DNA of 64,000 nt from Negativicutes bacterium (GCA_963665275.2 CAXXIN010000018.1:160001-224000); one strand, 5' to 3'. Shown: positions 51,351-61,884, counted from the stretch's first letter. Program-made: numbers and translations. The notes: a model not told the origin generated them from the letters alone.

Positions 51351-52229
51351 ATGTTTCAGGAAATTGTTCAGCAGATTGTAAATGGGCTGGTTCTAGGGAG
51401 CACTTATGCTTTGATTGCTTTGGGTCTGACCATGATTTATGGAATTTTGGGAATCGTCAACTGGGCTCACAGCGAGCTGTATATGTTGGGAGCTTTTGTA
51501 GGCGTTTTCATGGTCGTAACGTTGCACTTGCCTTTTCTAGTCGGGCTTGTTCTCGCGATGGCGGTGATGGCTGTATTTGGCATGGCCATGGATTTGCTGG
51601 TTTTTCGACCGCTGCGGTCGGCCCCGGAGATGAATATGATTATTGGGACACTGGGGATTTCCATCTTCTTGGTTCAGGCGGCGGTGATCGTCTTCAGTCC
51701 TAACCCAGTTCGGTTTCCCACTGAGTTTTCCGACTCGTATCTTTCTTTCATGGGGATATCGATCACGTTGCAGCGTCTGATGGTGTTTTGCGTGACATTG
51801 GTTCTGATTGGCATCCTCAACTATATCATCAAATATACGACAGTTGGCAAAGCAATGCGCGCCTGTGAGCAGAATTCGGATGCCGCCAAACTCATGGGGA
51901 TCGATATCAATCAGATTTCGCTCATCACTTGCGCAATTGGAGCGGCGTTGGCCGCTGCGGCCGGCACGCTGGTCGGTCCGATATTTCTGGTTTCTCCGCA
52001 GATGGGATTGGCTGCTATCTCCAAGGTTTTTGCAGTCGTAATTCTCGGTGGCATGGGAAATGTTCCCGGCGCTATCTGGGCGGCATTTATACTGGGGCTG
52101 GCCGAGAGTCTGACGGCAGGATTCCTTTCCTCCTACTACAAGGATATCGTTACTTTTTGCATCCTGATTGCGGTTTTGATTGTCAAACCGGCCGGCCTGT
52201 TCGGGCGCAGCCAGATTGAAAAGGTGTAA
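51351..52229 (+). CDS. livH: Branched-chain amino acid-type ABC permease
   Basis: NGLVLGSTYALIALGLTMIYG, GKAMRA, ILGGMG. Confidence 0.9.
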   Translation: MFQEIVQQIVNGLVLGSTYALIALGLTMIYGILGIVNWAHSELYMLGAFVGVFMVVTLHLPFLVGLVLAMAVMAVFGMAMDLLVFRPLRSAPEMNMIIGTLGISIFLVQAAVIVFSPNPVRFPTEFSDSYLSFMGISITLQRLMVFCVTLVLIGILNYIIKYTTVGKAMRACEQNSDAAKLMGIDINQISLITCAIGAALAAAAGTLVGPIFLVSPQMGLAAISKVFAVVILGGMGNVPGAIWAAFILGLAESLTAGFLSSYYKDIVTFCILIAVLIVKPAGLFGRSQIEKV

Positions 52230-52232
52230 GGA

Positions 52233-53213
52233 ATGAAAAATATTCTGACTGCGCAAAAAATCGGCATTGTTATAGCGGTTGCACTCGCACTCGTTTTTCC
52301 ACTGATGGGATTCAAATCCTATTATCTTCATATTGCAGTATTAAGTTTACTGCATATTTTATTGGCGCTTGGTTTGAATTTGATTGCCGGTTATACCGGA
52401 CAGCTATCCCTGGCCCAAGCAGCATTCTTTGGGATCGGCGCCTATGTTTCCGCATTGCTGATGCTGAACCTGCACTGGTCTTTCTGGTTGGCGGCGCCTA
52501 CTGGAGCATTGATTTCTGGTTTGGTCGCAGTGGCGATTGGATTGCCGACGCTGCGTCTGAAGGGACCGTATTTCGTTATCTCCACTATGGGATTTGGTGA
52601 AATCGTTCGGCTGGTATTTTTGAACTGGGAGTCGGTGACGCGCGGGCCAAATGGTCTGAACGGAATTCCGGCGCCTGATCCGATCTCACTTGGATTTATG
52701 ACCCTGTCGTTCGAGACTCGTACAGAGAGCTATTATCTGATTTTGTTCGTATTGTTCGGGGTATTGATCTTATACTATAATCTGGTTCACTCCCGCATTG
52801 GCCGGGCCTTGCGGGCTATCCGCAACGATTATATCGCGGCGCAGGTCATGGGAATCCATATCGCTTTCTATCGCATTCTGGCTTTTGGAACCTGTGCGAT
52901 GATCGCTGGTCTGGCCGGTGCGCTATATGCCTCGTATATCCGTTTCATCAGTCCGGATACCTTTACTTCCGGGGAATCAATCAATATTTTGATCATGATG
53001 GTAATCGGGGGCATGGGCACGATCATCGGCCCGATTATCGGCGCTGTTTTTCTCACCTATCTACTGGAAACGATGCGGGTTTTCGCCGAATATCGTCTGG
53101 TGATTTATGGCTTGCTTATGTTCGTTGTTATTCTCTATATGCCCCAGGGGGTCGCAGGAATGCTGGGCGATCTTTGGCGGCGAATCACCGCTCATCAGAA
53201 GAAGGGGGTGTGA
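52233..53213 (+). CDS. livM: Branched-chain amino acid-type ABC permease
   Basis: GYTGQLSLAQAAF, LRLKGPYF, GRALRAIR. Confidence 0.9.
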   Translation: MKNILTAQKIGIVIAVALALVFPLMGFKSYYLHIAVLSLLHILLALGLNLIAGYTGQLSLAQAAFFGIGAYVSALLMLNLHWSFWLAAPTGALISGLVAVAIGLPTLRLKGPYFVISTMGFGEIVRLVFLNWESVTRGPNGLNGIPAPDPISLGFMTLSFETRTESYYLILFVLFGVLILYYNLVHSRIGRALRAIRNDYIAAQVMGIHIAFYRILAFGTCAMIAGLAGALYASYIRFISPDTFTSGESINILIMMVIGGMGTIIGPIIGAVFLTYLLETMRVFAEYRLVIYGLLMFVVILYMPQGVAGMLGDLWRRITAHQKKGV

Positions 53214-53216
53214 CCA

Positions 53217-53984
53217 ATGCTTTCATGTAATGCGCTCACGATCCGCTTCGGCGGGCTGGCGGCTATTGATAGTCTTGATTTTCAGATATCCCCTGGTGAA
53301 ATTCGCGGCCTCATTGGCCCGAATGGCTCCGGGAAAACTACATTGTTCAACTTGATCTCAGGGATCTACACACCAACATCTGGGTCCATTCTTTTTGAGG
53401 GAAAGCCTATTGCAGGTCATCGGACGGATGAAGTGACTCGTTCCGGTATCGCCCGCACTTTTCAAAACATACGTCTGTTTGGTGATATGACGGTCTGGGA
53501 GAATTTGCTGGTAGGTCGGCATTGCCGCCTGAAGCAGACGGTATTCGATGATCTGTTTTCCACGGCCACCAAACGGCGTGAGGAAGCTGCTGCTCGCGAA
53601 ATATTGGAGAGTCTGTTGCAACAGTTTAAAATGGAACGATTGCGTGACGAATTAGCGAAAAATTTGCCGTATGGCTTACAACGCGAACTTGAAATAATGC
53701 GCGCCATGGCTTCAGAGCCGCGGTTGTTACTGCTGGATGAACCGGCTGCCGGGATGAATCCGCAAGAAACCGCTCAATTGATGGTGCAAATCCAACGTCT
53801 GCGGGAACGAGGCTACACGGTTCTGGTCGTGGAGCATGATATGCGATTGGTCATGAATATCTGTGATCGCATCACTGTGCTGAATTATGGCAAAAAAATT
53901 GCCGAAGGGGCTCCGCGGGAGATTCAGAATCATCCTGAAGTAATCCGCGCTTATCTCGGAAAGCAGGTGAAGGACAGTGCTTAA
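53217..53984 (+). CDS. livG: ABC ATP-binding subunit
   Basis: GPNGSGKTT, RTFQNIRLF, LDEPAAGMN, AYLG. Confidence 0.9.
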   Translation: MLSCNALTIRFGGLAAIDSLDFQISPGEIRGLIGPNGSGKTTLFNLISGIYTPTSGSILFEGKPIAGHRTDEVTRSGIARTFQNIRLFGDMTVWENLLVGRHCRLKQTVFDDLFSTATKRREEAAAREILESLLQQFKMERLRDELAKNLPYGLQRELEIMRAMASEPRLLLLDEPAAGMNPQETAQLMVQIQRLRERGYTVLVVEHDMRLVMNICDRITVLNYGKKIAEGAPREIQNHPEVIRAYLGKQVKDSA

Positions 53985-54681
53985 AGTTAGGAACTTGTCC
54001 GTCCATTATGGCAAAATTCGTGCCGTGCGGGACATTGACATGGATATTGAGCAGGGCGAGATTGTTTCCTTGATTGGAGCAAACGGGGCAGGAAAATCGA
54101 CTACCTTGCGCGCCTTGTCAGGGTTAACCAAACCGGCGGGCGGGACGATTGAATTCGAAGGAAAGCAAATTGCCGGCTGGAGCGCCAAGGCAATTGTGCA
54201 AGCCGGGCTCAGTCATTGTCCGGAAGGGCGGCAAATTTTCCCACGGATGACTGTCATGGAAAACTTGGAACTCGGCGCCTATATACGGAAAGATAAACAC
54301 AATCTGCAGAGCGAGTACGACCGAATATTCGAGTATTTTCCGGTATTGGCGGAACGACGCTCGCAGCTAGGCGGGACGCTATCCGGTGGGGAACAGCAGA
54401 TGCTGGCGATTGGGCGCGCCTTGATGTCCAAACCCAAACTACTGCTGCTGGACGAGCCGTCACTGGGATTGGCGCCACTGCTGGTGGAACGAATTTTTGA
54501 AATTATACAGAGTATCAACAGGGAAGGTATGACGGTTCTGTTGATCGAACAAAACGCTTGGCAGGCCCTGAATATAGCTCACCGGGGTTATGTGCTGGAA
54601 ACGGGATGCGTCTCGGTATCCGGTGCGGCAGCGGACTTGCTGCACAACGACCATGTTCGAAAAGCCTATCTGGGAGAATAA
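53977..54681 (+). CDS. livF: ABC ATP-binding subunit
   Basis: GANGAGKST, PEGRQIF, LSGGEQQMLA, DEPSLGLAP. Confidence 0.9.
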   Translation: MLKVRNLSVHYGKIRAVRDIDMDIEQGEIVSLIGANGAGKSTTLRALSGLTKPAGGTIEFEGKQIAGWSAKAIVQAGLSHCPEGRQIFPRMTVMENLELGAYIRKDKHNLQSEYDRIFEYFPVLAERRSQLGGTLSGGEQQMLAIGRALMSKPKLLLLDEPSLGLAPLLVERIFEIIQSINREGMTVLLIEQNAWQALNIAHRGYVLETGCVSVSGAAADLLHNDHVRKAYLGE

Positions 54682-54715
54682 AGTCTATTCATAAAACGAA
54701 AGGAATGATTTGTAC

Positions 54716-55894
54716 ATGCTAAAGAAGACCAAATCCCTATGTGCCCTTGCCTTGGCCGGCGTTATGCTGGCGACACTGGTTGCCGGTTGCGGGGGTTCGA
54801 AAGAACCTGCTAAACCTGCAGCCAAAGAACCGATCAAAATCGGGATCATCGGCCCCTACACCGGCCCGAATGCCAAACCGGGACAAAGCATGAAACAGGG
54901 AGTCAACCTGGCGGTTGAGGAAATCAACAAAGCGGGTGGTATCAAAGGTCGCCAGCTCGTTGCTATGTTTGAAGACGACGCTTCGGTTCCAGCCCAGTCG
55001 GTTTCTGCTACAGAGAAGCTCATCAATAAGGATGAGGTTTCGTTCCTGATCGGTACCTTCAACAGTGCTACGACGCTAGCCGACATGAAGATCATTGAAA
55101 GAGACAAGACACCGATGATGGTTCCTATCGCTGTTGCGATCGAAATTACCGAGTCGGGCAACAAATGGGTGTTCCGAAACTCAGCTACCAATCCTATGCA
55201 GGCGGAACAGTTGATGTCCTATATTTACAAAGAGACCAAACAACGCAAATTCGCTGTGATTCATGAAAATACTGATTACGGCAAGGGTCTGATGATCGCC
55301 GCCCAGAGCTATATCCAGAAAAATGGCGGCTCGATGATCGCCGAATCCTATTCGATCGGTGACACCGACTTTTATGCACAGCTGACCAAAATAAAGAATA
55401 ACGCACCGGAAGGGCTAATTATCTGTGGTAATTTGTCCGAAGGATCACAGATTACACGTCAGTTTAAAGAACTGGGCATCAAAGCCCAGCTTTATGGCTT
55501 CGGCGGATTGTCCTCCTTTGACTTCAACAATGTCGCTTCCGGCTCCAATGAAGGCTTGATTGCAACCAGTTATTTTGAAAATGCCTCCCCGAATCCTCTG
55601 GCGCAAAGCTTTATCAAAGCGTACAAAGCCAAGTTCAATGTAGATCCCGATATGTTCGCCGCAGCGATTTACGAATCCGTATATATCGCCAAAGATGCGA
55701 TCGAAAAAATGGGAGATACCAAGGATGTTGCCGGATTCCGGGTTGCATTGCGCGATCAGCTGGCAAAAACCAAAGATCTGGCCGGCGTTCAGGGTCCGAC
55801 AACTTTCGATGCAAAAGGTCAGGCTGATAAACAAGTTATGATCATTCAATGGAATAAAGGACAAAAAACCATCCTGTTCCCTAAAGCGAAATAA
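54716..55894 (+). CDS. ABC substrate-binding lipoprotein (LivK/LivJ family)
   Basis: Lipobox LVAGC, EINKAGGIKG, DYGKG. Confidence 0.9.
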   Translation: MLKKTKSLCALALAGVMLATLVAGCGGSKEPAKPAAKEPIKIGIIGPYTGPNAKPGQSMKQGVNLAVEEINKAGGIKGRQLVAMFEDDASVPAQSVSATEKLINKDEVSFLIGTFNSATTLADMKIIERDKTPMMVPIAVAIEITESGNKWVFRNSATNPMQAEQLMSYIYKETKQRKFAVIHENTDYGKGLMIAAQSYIQKNGGSMIAESYSIGDTDFYAQLTKIKNNAPEGLIICGNLSEGSQITRQFKELGIKAQLYGFGGLSSFDFNNVASGSNEGLIATSYFENASPNPLAQSFIKAYKAKFNVDPDMFAAAIYESVYIAKDAIEKMGDTKDVAGFRVALRDQLAKTKDLAGVQGPTTFDAKGQADKQVMIIQWNKGQKTILFPKAK

Positions 55895-55904
55895 TACTGT
55901 CGTG

Positions 55905-55954
55905 TTGGGGGTTTGCAATAAAAAATTAAGTTTTTTATGCAAATCCCCAATTTT
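55905..55954 (+). terminator. Terminator after the ABC operon
   Basis: TTGGGGGTTTGCA.TAAAAAA...TTTTTTATGCAAATCCCCAA followed by TTTT. Confidence 0.65.
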
Positions 55955-55957
55955 GTG

Positions 55958-55986
55958 TTGACAGGCTGTTTTTTGTCAGGTAAAAT
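55958..55986 (+). promoter_or_regulatory. Sigma-A promoter of glutamine synthetase
   Basis: TTGACA-N17-TAAAAT. Confidence 0.75.
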
Positions 55987-55999
55987 AAACTCAATTCAA

Positions 56000-56073
56000 G
56001 ACAACGATGAATCATGGCAATGAAGCCAGATTTGATGCAGGAGGTATCTCCTTTTCAAATTTGGCTTTTTTTT
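56000..56073 (+). promoter_or_regulatory. ANTAR-type antitermination leader
   Basis: Hairpin TGGC-AATGAA-GCCA (56015-56028) overlaps the 5' arm of terminator AAGCCAGATTTGA...TCAAATTTGGCTT + T tract; weak first loop C-AACGAT-G. Confidence 0.7.
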
Positions 56074-56114
56074 ACACCAACTACAAAAAGTATTAAGAAA
56101 GAGGAGTGTTGAAC

Positions 56115-58013
56115 ATGGCAAAAGAATTGCTCTATGTCATTCCAGCCAACAAATGCGACAAAAAAGAAATCATCCACATTCTGAAAATCCATCCGGAAAT
56201 CAAGTTTGTTTCCATGGTGGGTATTGATTTGGCAGGCAATGATACGGATGAAAAAATTCCCGTCCGAATTTTTCTCAAGGACATCGAAGATTTCTACAAC
56301 GGTCATGCGGTGCAGACCGATGGTTCTTCCGTGGTGCTTACCGGCATTGCAACTCTGAATAACGCGAAAGTCGACATGTATGTGGACGCGAGCGTCAATT
56401 GGTATATCGATTACAACTTTGAGTCCGAAGATGAAGAAACCGGCTTGCCTGTAGGTACGCTGCGGATTCCTTCCTTCCTCGTGCACAATGGTCTGCGCGT
56501 TGATTCCCGTTCGCTGTTGACACAGACCCTTGAATACGTTGGAGCCGAAATTAAAGCCCTGCTGAAAAAATCAGGTAAAGTCGCCGGGCTGGAACATTTG
56601 AAACCATCCGAGATCGATGAAGTTCTGTTCACGATTGGGACGGAACTCGAATTCTGGGTGAAATCACCGGCTGAAGATGCCCATGTGGACGAGCTTTCCT
56701 CCACGCAGGTCATGCAGGAAAACTATTGGCAGCGTACTCGCGGCCAAGCCCGGACAGCTTTGGAAGACGCCATGCTGATGCTTGAAGCCTACGGCCTGCA
56801 ACCCGAAATGGGACACAAAGAAGTGGGCGGCGTCAAAGCGAAAATCGGCGAAGCTGGCAGCCTGGACCATGTCATGGAACAGATGGAAATCGACTGGCGT
56901 TTTGCCCCGGCGGTTCAGGCCGTTGATAATGAACTGTTGGCTCGTATTCTGGTTAAAGAAGCTTTCCGCCTCAATGGGCTTGAAGTTTCGTTCCAAGCCA
57001 AACCTATTATTGGAGTTGCCGGCAACGGCGAGCATACCCATACAGGGATTGCAGTCAAACTGAAATCAGGCAAAATCGTTAACCTGTATGCCCCCAAAGA
57101 TATGAAGAAAGATTTCATGAGCTCCGTCGGTTATGGCGCGATCATGGGTCTGCTCAAAAACTACGAAGTCGTTAATCCTTTCGTATCGTCCACCAATGAT
57201 GCATTTAACCGCCTGAAACCAGGCTTTGAAGCTCCGGTCTGCATCGTGACTTCGCTCGGACATACTCCGGAAATTCCTTCCCGTAACCGTACAATTCTGG
57301 CTGGTTTGGTACGCGATATTGAAAATCCGTTGGCAACCCGTTTCGAAATCCGTGCCTTCAATCCACTCAGCAATTCCTATGCCGGCGTTTCAGCTGCTTA
57401 CTTGGCCATGTTGGACGGTATCAAAGCGGCAGTAACTTCTGGAAAAACCACAACGGAGTTGCTTGCTGAATTGTCCAAAGAGCCCGAAGCCGCAGGCTTC
57501 TATCTGGAAAAAGGCCGCGCCTATCGGAGCGAACATGACGTCTTCGACGACTATACTCCGGAACAACGCGACAAGATGTTCGGTAAACCGCCTGCGACTG
57601 TGTGGGAAAACATGGAAGCTCTCAAAAAATATCCGGAAAAACTTAAAGTTCTCAAAGCTGGCAATGTCATGCGTCAAGATTTGATCGATGCATTCGTTAA
57701 TGGCGCTTTGCTGCGATGGAAAGTCGAGCTTATCGAACGCATTATTCCCCAGTATCTCGAGACCGTACGGAGCGTAGCTTGTCTGCATTGCGAAGAAGAC
57801 CCCATCGATGATGCGGCTTGGGCAAAAATCGACGCGTTGCGGCTCTATCTGGCGAAGGATGGCATGGAAAAATCGCTGTTCTCCAAAGTGCGGGAAGCAC
57901 TGGGCGCTGGCAAGTATAAAGAAGCTTCTGCACTCCAACAGGAGATGACTGCCAAAATGGGCGAGCTGGAAAGCTCGTATGAAGAGTACAAGAGAAACCT
58001 GTTGGATATCTGA
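56115..58013 (+). CDS. glnA: Glutamine synthetase family protein (long ~630-aa type)
   Basis: TDGSS, ELEFWV, HKEVGG, EQMEI, GNGEHTH, NRLKPGFEAP, RNRT, RFEIR. Confidence 0.88.
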   Translation: MAKELLYVIPANKCDKKEIIHILKIHPEIKFVSMVGIDLAGNDTDEKIPVRIFLKDIEDFYNGHAVQTDGSSVVLTGIATLNNAKVDMYVDASVNWYIDYNFESEDEETGLPVGTLRIPSFLVHNGLRVDSRSLLTQTLEYVGAEIKALLKKSGKVAGLEHLKPSEIDEVLFTIGTELEFWVKSPAEDAHVDELSSTQVMQENYWQRTRGQARTALEDAMLMLEAYGLQPEMGHKEVGGVKAKIGEAGSLDHVMEQMEIDWRFAPAVQAVDNELLARILVKEAFRLNGLEVSFQAKPIIGVAGNGEHTHTGIAVKLKSGKIVNLYAPKDMKKDFMSSVGYGAIMGLLKNYEVVNPFVSSTNDAFNRLKPGFEAPVCIVTSLGHTPEIPSRNRTILAGLVRDIENPLATRFEIRAFNPLSNSYAGVSAAYLAMLDGIKAAVTSGKTTTELLAELSKEPEAAGFYLEKGRAYRSEHDVFDDYTPEQRDKMFGKPPATVWENMEALKKYPEKLKVLKAGNVMRQDLIDAFVNGALLRWKVELIERIIPQYLETVRSVACLHCEEDPIDDAAWAKIDALRLYLAKDGMEKSLFSKVREALGAGKYKEASALQQEMTAKMGELESSYEEYKRNLLDI

Positions 58014-58038
58014 TCCGTTTCTCTCGCGTATTCCCCTT

Positions 58039-58084
58039 CACAAAGCACAAAAGCGGCCGATTTCGGTCGCTTTTGTGCTTTGTG
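58039..58084. terminator. Long stem-loop after glnA
   Basis: CACAAAGCACAAAAGCGGCCGA / TCGGTCGCTTTTGTGCTTTGTG. Confidence 0.65.
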
Positions 58085-58138
58085 GGCAAAAAGGAAACAG
58101 CAGGATATTCGGGCATGTTAAAGGAATAGATATAAACT

Positions 58139-59863
58139 ATGGTATTATGGGAATTTTTCAGGCGATATTGGCCGATCTATTTGTTGGGAATTGCGTTGCT
58201 GATTGTGACAGATCTTTTGTCACTGCTGATTCCACGTGCGGTGGGGCAGGCTGTAGACAGCATCGGAACCGGCGATGGCATGTTGACGACTGCGCTATGG
58301 ATCCTCGCGGGGGTTTCTATTTCTATGGCGGTACTGCGTTTTTTGTACCGGGAATGCATCATGGGCACGACGCGGCGTCTTGAATATTTCCTGAGGAACA
58401 AGATCTTTCACCATGCGTTGCATTTGCCGATGAGTGTGTATGATGAAGCCGGGCCGGGAAAAATCATGGCACTATCGGGCAATGATGTTACTTCGATTCG
58501 GGTGGCGGTAGGGCTTGGAATCATGTTGTTGGTGGATGCAGGTGTCATGGGCTTGGTTTCGTTCCTGGTAATGTTTCGCAGCATTGATCCGACACTGACT
58601 CTTTGGTCGGTCGCGCCGCTTCCCCTTGTTTTTATCGCGACTGCCGTTTTGGGTCGCATGGTTCACAACCGGTTCCGCATGGTTCAGGAGAAGTTCAGCG
58701 CACTTACGGAGTTTTCACAGGAACTTTTCGGCGGGGTAAAAGTCGTCAAGGCATTCGGCGCAGAAAAAACGATGACGGAACGCTTCGGGACTGTCAATCA
58801 GGAAAATATGGCAGCCAATATTTCACTTGCCCGTATTCAGGCCATTTACATACCTGCCACCCACGTTGCGCCGTTAATGTGCTATGCTGTGGCGCTGTGG
58901 CTGGGAGGAAACCTTATCATCGAAGGAAAGCTAAGCGTTGGTGGGTTGGCGGCCTTCACAGGATATTTGGGATTGATCATCTGGCCAGTTATGGGACTGG
59001 GTTATCTGATCAATACGGTGCAGCGGGGATCGGCTTCCCTGATTCGCATTAATGAGTTCCTATCGATTCAGCCTTATGAAATCACCACGGACATGAAGGT
59101 TGAAGAGCCACTTGCAGGTCCGTTGGGGGATATCGAGTTCCGTAACCTAACTTTTCAATATCCCTTATCGGCGGGTCCAAGCCTGAAAGATGTGTCGTTG
59201 CTGATTCCAGAAGGCTCGACGGTTGGCATCGTTGGCCGCACCGGATCAGGCAAGACCACACTTTTGAGGATTTTGTTACGCCTCTACCCGTTTGAGGACG
59301 GGAAGATCTTTATCGGTGGTGTGGATATCAACAGCATAGAGTTCGTGCACCTGCGATCGTTCATCGGCTATGTGCCCCAAGATGCGGCGCTGTTTTCTGC
59401 AACGATCGCTGAAAATATTGCTTTTGGGCAGCCCTACAATCGGAGTCAGGTGCAACAAGCAGCCCAGTCGGCAGTTGTGCGGGAAGACATCGACGCTAAA
59501 ACTGAAGGGTTTGGTGCGATGCTGGGTGAAAAGGGCGCCAAGCTTTCGGGCGGCCAGCGGCAAAGGGTCGCCGTCGCTCGGGCATTGATCCGGCAACCGT
59601 CCCTTTTGTTGCTTGATGATGTTTTTTCTGCTCTTGATTACAGAACGCAGGCAGAACTGGTCGAAAACCTTCGCGCGGTCGAAACGGGCCGGACGACATT
59701 GATTGTATCCCAACGCGTGGCTGCGGTAAAACATGCGAACTTCATTATTGTTATGGATGGCGGACGAATCGCAGAGCAGGGAACTCATGATGAATTAATC
59801 GCTGCCCGGCATCTTTATTATCGTTTATATGAGCAACAGCTGGCGGCGGGTGATCTCTCATGA
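58139..59863 (+). CDS. Heterodimeric ABC exporter subunit (degenerate NBD)
   Basis: TMD plus GRTGSGKT and LSGGQ; non-canonical Walker B LLLDD and switch SQR. Confidence 0.92.
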   Translation: MVLWEFFRRYWPIYLLGIALLIVTDLLSLLIPRAVGQAVDSIGTGDGMLTTALWILAGVSISMAVLRFLYRECIMGTTRRLEYFLRNKIFHHALHLPMSVYDEAGPGKIMALSGNDVTSIRVAVGLGIMLLVDAGVMGLVSFLVMFRSIDPTLTLWSVAPLPLVFIATAVLGRMVHNRFRMVQEKFSALTEFSQELFGGVKVVKAFGAEKTMTERFGTVNQENMAANISLARIQAIYIPATHVAPLMCYAVALWLGGNLIIEGKLSVGGLAAFTGYLGLIIWPVMGLGYLINTVQRGSASLIRINEFLSIQPYEITTDMKVEEPLAGPLGDIEFRNLTFQYPLSAGPSLKDVSLLIPEGSTVGIVGRTGSGKTTLLRILLRLYPFEDGKIFIGGVDINSIEFVHLRSFIGYVPQDAALFSATIAENIAFGQPYNRSQVQQAAQSAVVREDIDAKTEGFGAMLGEKGAKLSGGQRQRVAVARALIRQPSLLLLDDVFSALDYRTQAELVENLRAVETGRTTLIVSQRVAAVKHANFIIVMDGGRIAEQGTHDELIAARHLYYRLYEQQLAAGDLS

Positions 59864-61635
59864 GCTTGTATTATCGAGGGCGGGCGTATGAAGATCAGCA
59901 GAGCGCCAGGAACCTGCATGCTGACCGTAAATTGCTGCAAGCGCTGTGGAAATTGGCGTTGCCAGTGCGGCCATGGCTGGGTTGGGCCTTTGTTCTGATG
60001 TTGGCGGATACAGCGGCTGATCTCGCTCGTCCGTACATGATGAAACTAGCCATCGACCGTTACATTGCGGACAAAGATATACCCGGTCTTGAGAATCTGT
60101 TTTATGTTTATGTGGCAACCATTATCGCGAGCCTGGTGTTTGCCTACGCTGAAAATCTGTTTTTACAGCGTGCAGGGCAGCAGGTGATTCTAGCCGTGCG
60201 GGAAAAAGTGTTTCGACATATCCTCAATCAAGATGTGGAAAAACTGGAGTCGCAGCCGGTGGGCCGTTTGGTCACGCGCGTAACCAATGACACGGATGCT
60301 GTCAAAGACTTATATACTGAAGTGCTGGTGGCGTTCGCCAGTGATGCCGTTATGCTGATTGGAATTGTCGTAGCCATGTTGGCCATACAGTGGAAGCTGG
60401 CCTTGGTTTCGTTTGCCGTTCTGCCACTGATGATTTTGCTTGCAGGCGGCTACCAAAAGTTCGCGCGGCGTGCTTACCGGATCGTACGTGAAAAGACAGC
60501 CTTGCTGAATTCATTCATCCAGGAACGCCTGAACGGCATCGGAATCATCAAAGCCTTTGGCGCATTTGCCGGTACGGACCGGGATTTCCGTCAGGTGAAT
60601 GATGGGTATTTACAGGCTGGGCTTTCTGAGCTGCGGACGTTTGCCGCGTTTCGACCATTGGTAGACCTCATTTACATCGTCGCCGTGATCTTGGTGCTTC
60701 ATTTCGGCGGGATCCAATCGAGGGCGGGTGGGATCGAGATCGGAGTTATCATCGCGTTTCTTCGCTATATGGAGAAGTTTTTCTGGCCGATCAAGGATAT
60801 GGCGGAAAAGTATAACCTCCTGCAGTCGGCGTTGGCAGCTGCGGAACGTATTCAACCGATGTTGACTGAACCGGAACGAATTGCTGGAGTGGTGGCGCCT
60901 GATCACCCTTGCCCCGCTGCCCGTATTGATTTTGATGATGTTTGGTTCGCGTACGATCAGGACGAATGGGTACTGTCAGGCGTAAGTTGCACAGTGCCGG
61001 CTGGCAATTTTTTTGGCATTGTCGGTATGTCCGGATCCGGAAAAACCACCTTGCTCAATTTGTTGCTGCGTTTTTATGAACCCAACAGAGGCAGAATTTT
61101 ATTGGATGGGGTGGACATTCGAGAAATCCCGGTCGAACTGCTGCGGCACCGCATCAGCATCGTTTTTCAAGATGTTCACGTATTCAAAGGGACCGTGGCT
61201 GAGAATGTTTCTTTGTATAACCCTGCCATATCACCTGCACGTGTCCGGGAAGCGGCCAAGTTGGCCAACTTGGAGCAATTCATCAATAAATTGCCGCTGG
61301 GCTATGATACACAGGCCGGATATCTGGGTTCGACTCTCTCTGCCGGACAGCGACAGTTGCTGTCATTTGCCCGCGCTTTGGCCACACCGGCCGATGTGTT
61401 GGTGCTTGATGAAGCGACATCCAGTATCGACAGTTACACGGAGTCTCTCGTCCAGACCGCGCTGGAAAAAGCCGCCGCGCAACGCACCATGCTGGTGGTT
61501 GCCCATCGTTTGTCGACGGTAGTTAAGGCTGATTGCATTCTGTTGATGCATCGGGGACGAGTGGTTGAACAGGGAACTCATGCTGAACTCATGATCAAGG
61601 ATGGCCATTATGCCAGACTTTATAAAAGCCAGTGA
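59860..61635 (+). CDS. Heterodimeric ABC exporter subunit (consensus Walker B/H-loop)
   Basis: GMSGSGKT, LSAGQ, VLDEATS, AHRLST. Confidence 0.92.
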   Translation: MSLYYRGRAYEDQQSARNLHADRKLLQALWKLALPVRPWLGWAFVLMLADTAADLARPYMMKLAIDRYIADKDIPGLENLFYVYVATIIASLVFAYAENLFLQRAGQQVILAVREKVFRHILNQDVEKLESQPVGRLVTRVTNDTDAVKDLYTEVLVAFASDAVMLIGIVVAMLAIQWKLALVSFAVLPLMILLAGGYQKFARRAYRIVREKTALLNSFIQERLNGIGIIKAFGAFAGTDRDFRQVNDGYLQAGLSELRTFAAFRPLVDLIYIVAVILVLHFGGIQSRAGGIEIGVIIAFLRYMEKFFWPIKDMAEKYNLLQSALAAAERIQPMLTEPERIAGVVAPDHPCPAARIDFDDVWFAYDQDEWVLSGVSCTVPAGNFFGIVGMSGSGKTTLLNLLLRFYEPNRGRILLDGVDIREIPVELLRHRISIVFQDVHVFKGTVAENVSLYNPAISPARVREAAKLANLEQFINKLPLGYDTQAGYLGSTLSAGQRQLLSFARALATPADVLVLDEATSSIDSYTESLVQTALEKAAAQRTMLVVAHRLSTVVKADCILLMHRGRVVEQGTHAELMIKDGHYARLYKSQ

Positions 61636-61740
61636 GATTTAGCAGGCGGGCAGGATGTTGATGGGGTCATCTAGAAGTAATAATACTTATATATGAATGA
61701 TATTCTTCCCGCGAATTCCTATGTATGAGGAGGCTGAATA

Positions 61741-61884
61741 ATGAGCACAATCTCCAGAAGTAAAGGGAAACGTTTGCACAACAGGGATGAAATCAACAAT
61801 CTCAACCGAAAAGCGCTTTATTTGGGAGTTGTGGCAGCTGGAGGAATCCTGCTACTGATGGCTATTTCGTTTTTTATGCCATAA
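61741..61884 (+). CDS. 47-aa small protein with a C-terminal TM helix (not in the ORF track)
   Basis: RBS GAGGAGG; MSTISRSKGKRLHNRDEINNLNRKALYLGVVAAGGILLLMAISFFMP. Confidence 0.7.
   Translation: MSTISRSKGKRLHNRDEINNLNRKALYLGVVAAGGILLLMAISFFMP

Noticed and set aside
58139-59863. Non-canonical Walker B and H-loop in the ABC exporter
   Set aside because: Normal degenerate site of heterodimeric ABC exporters.
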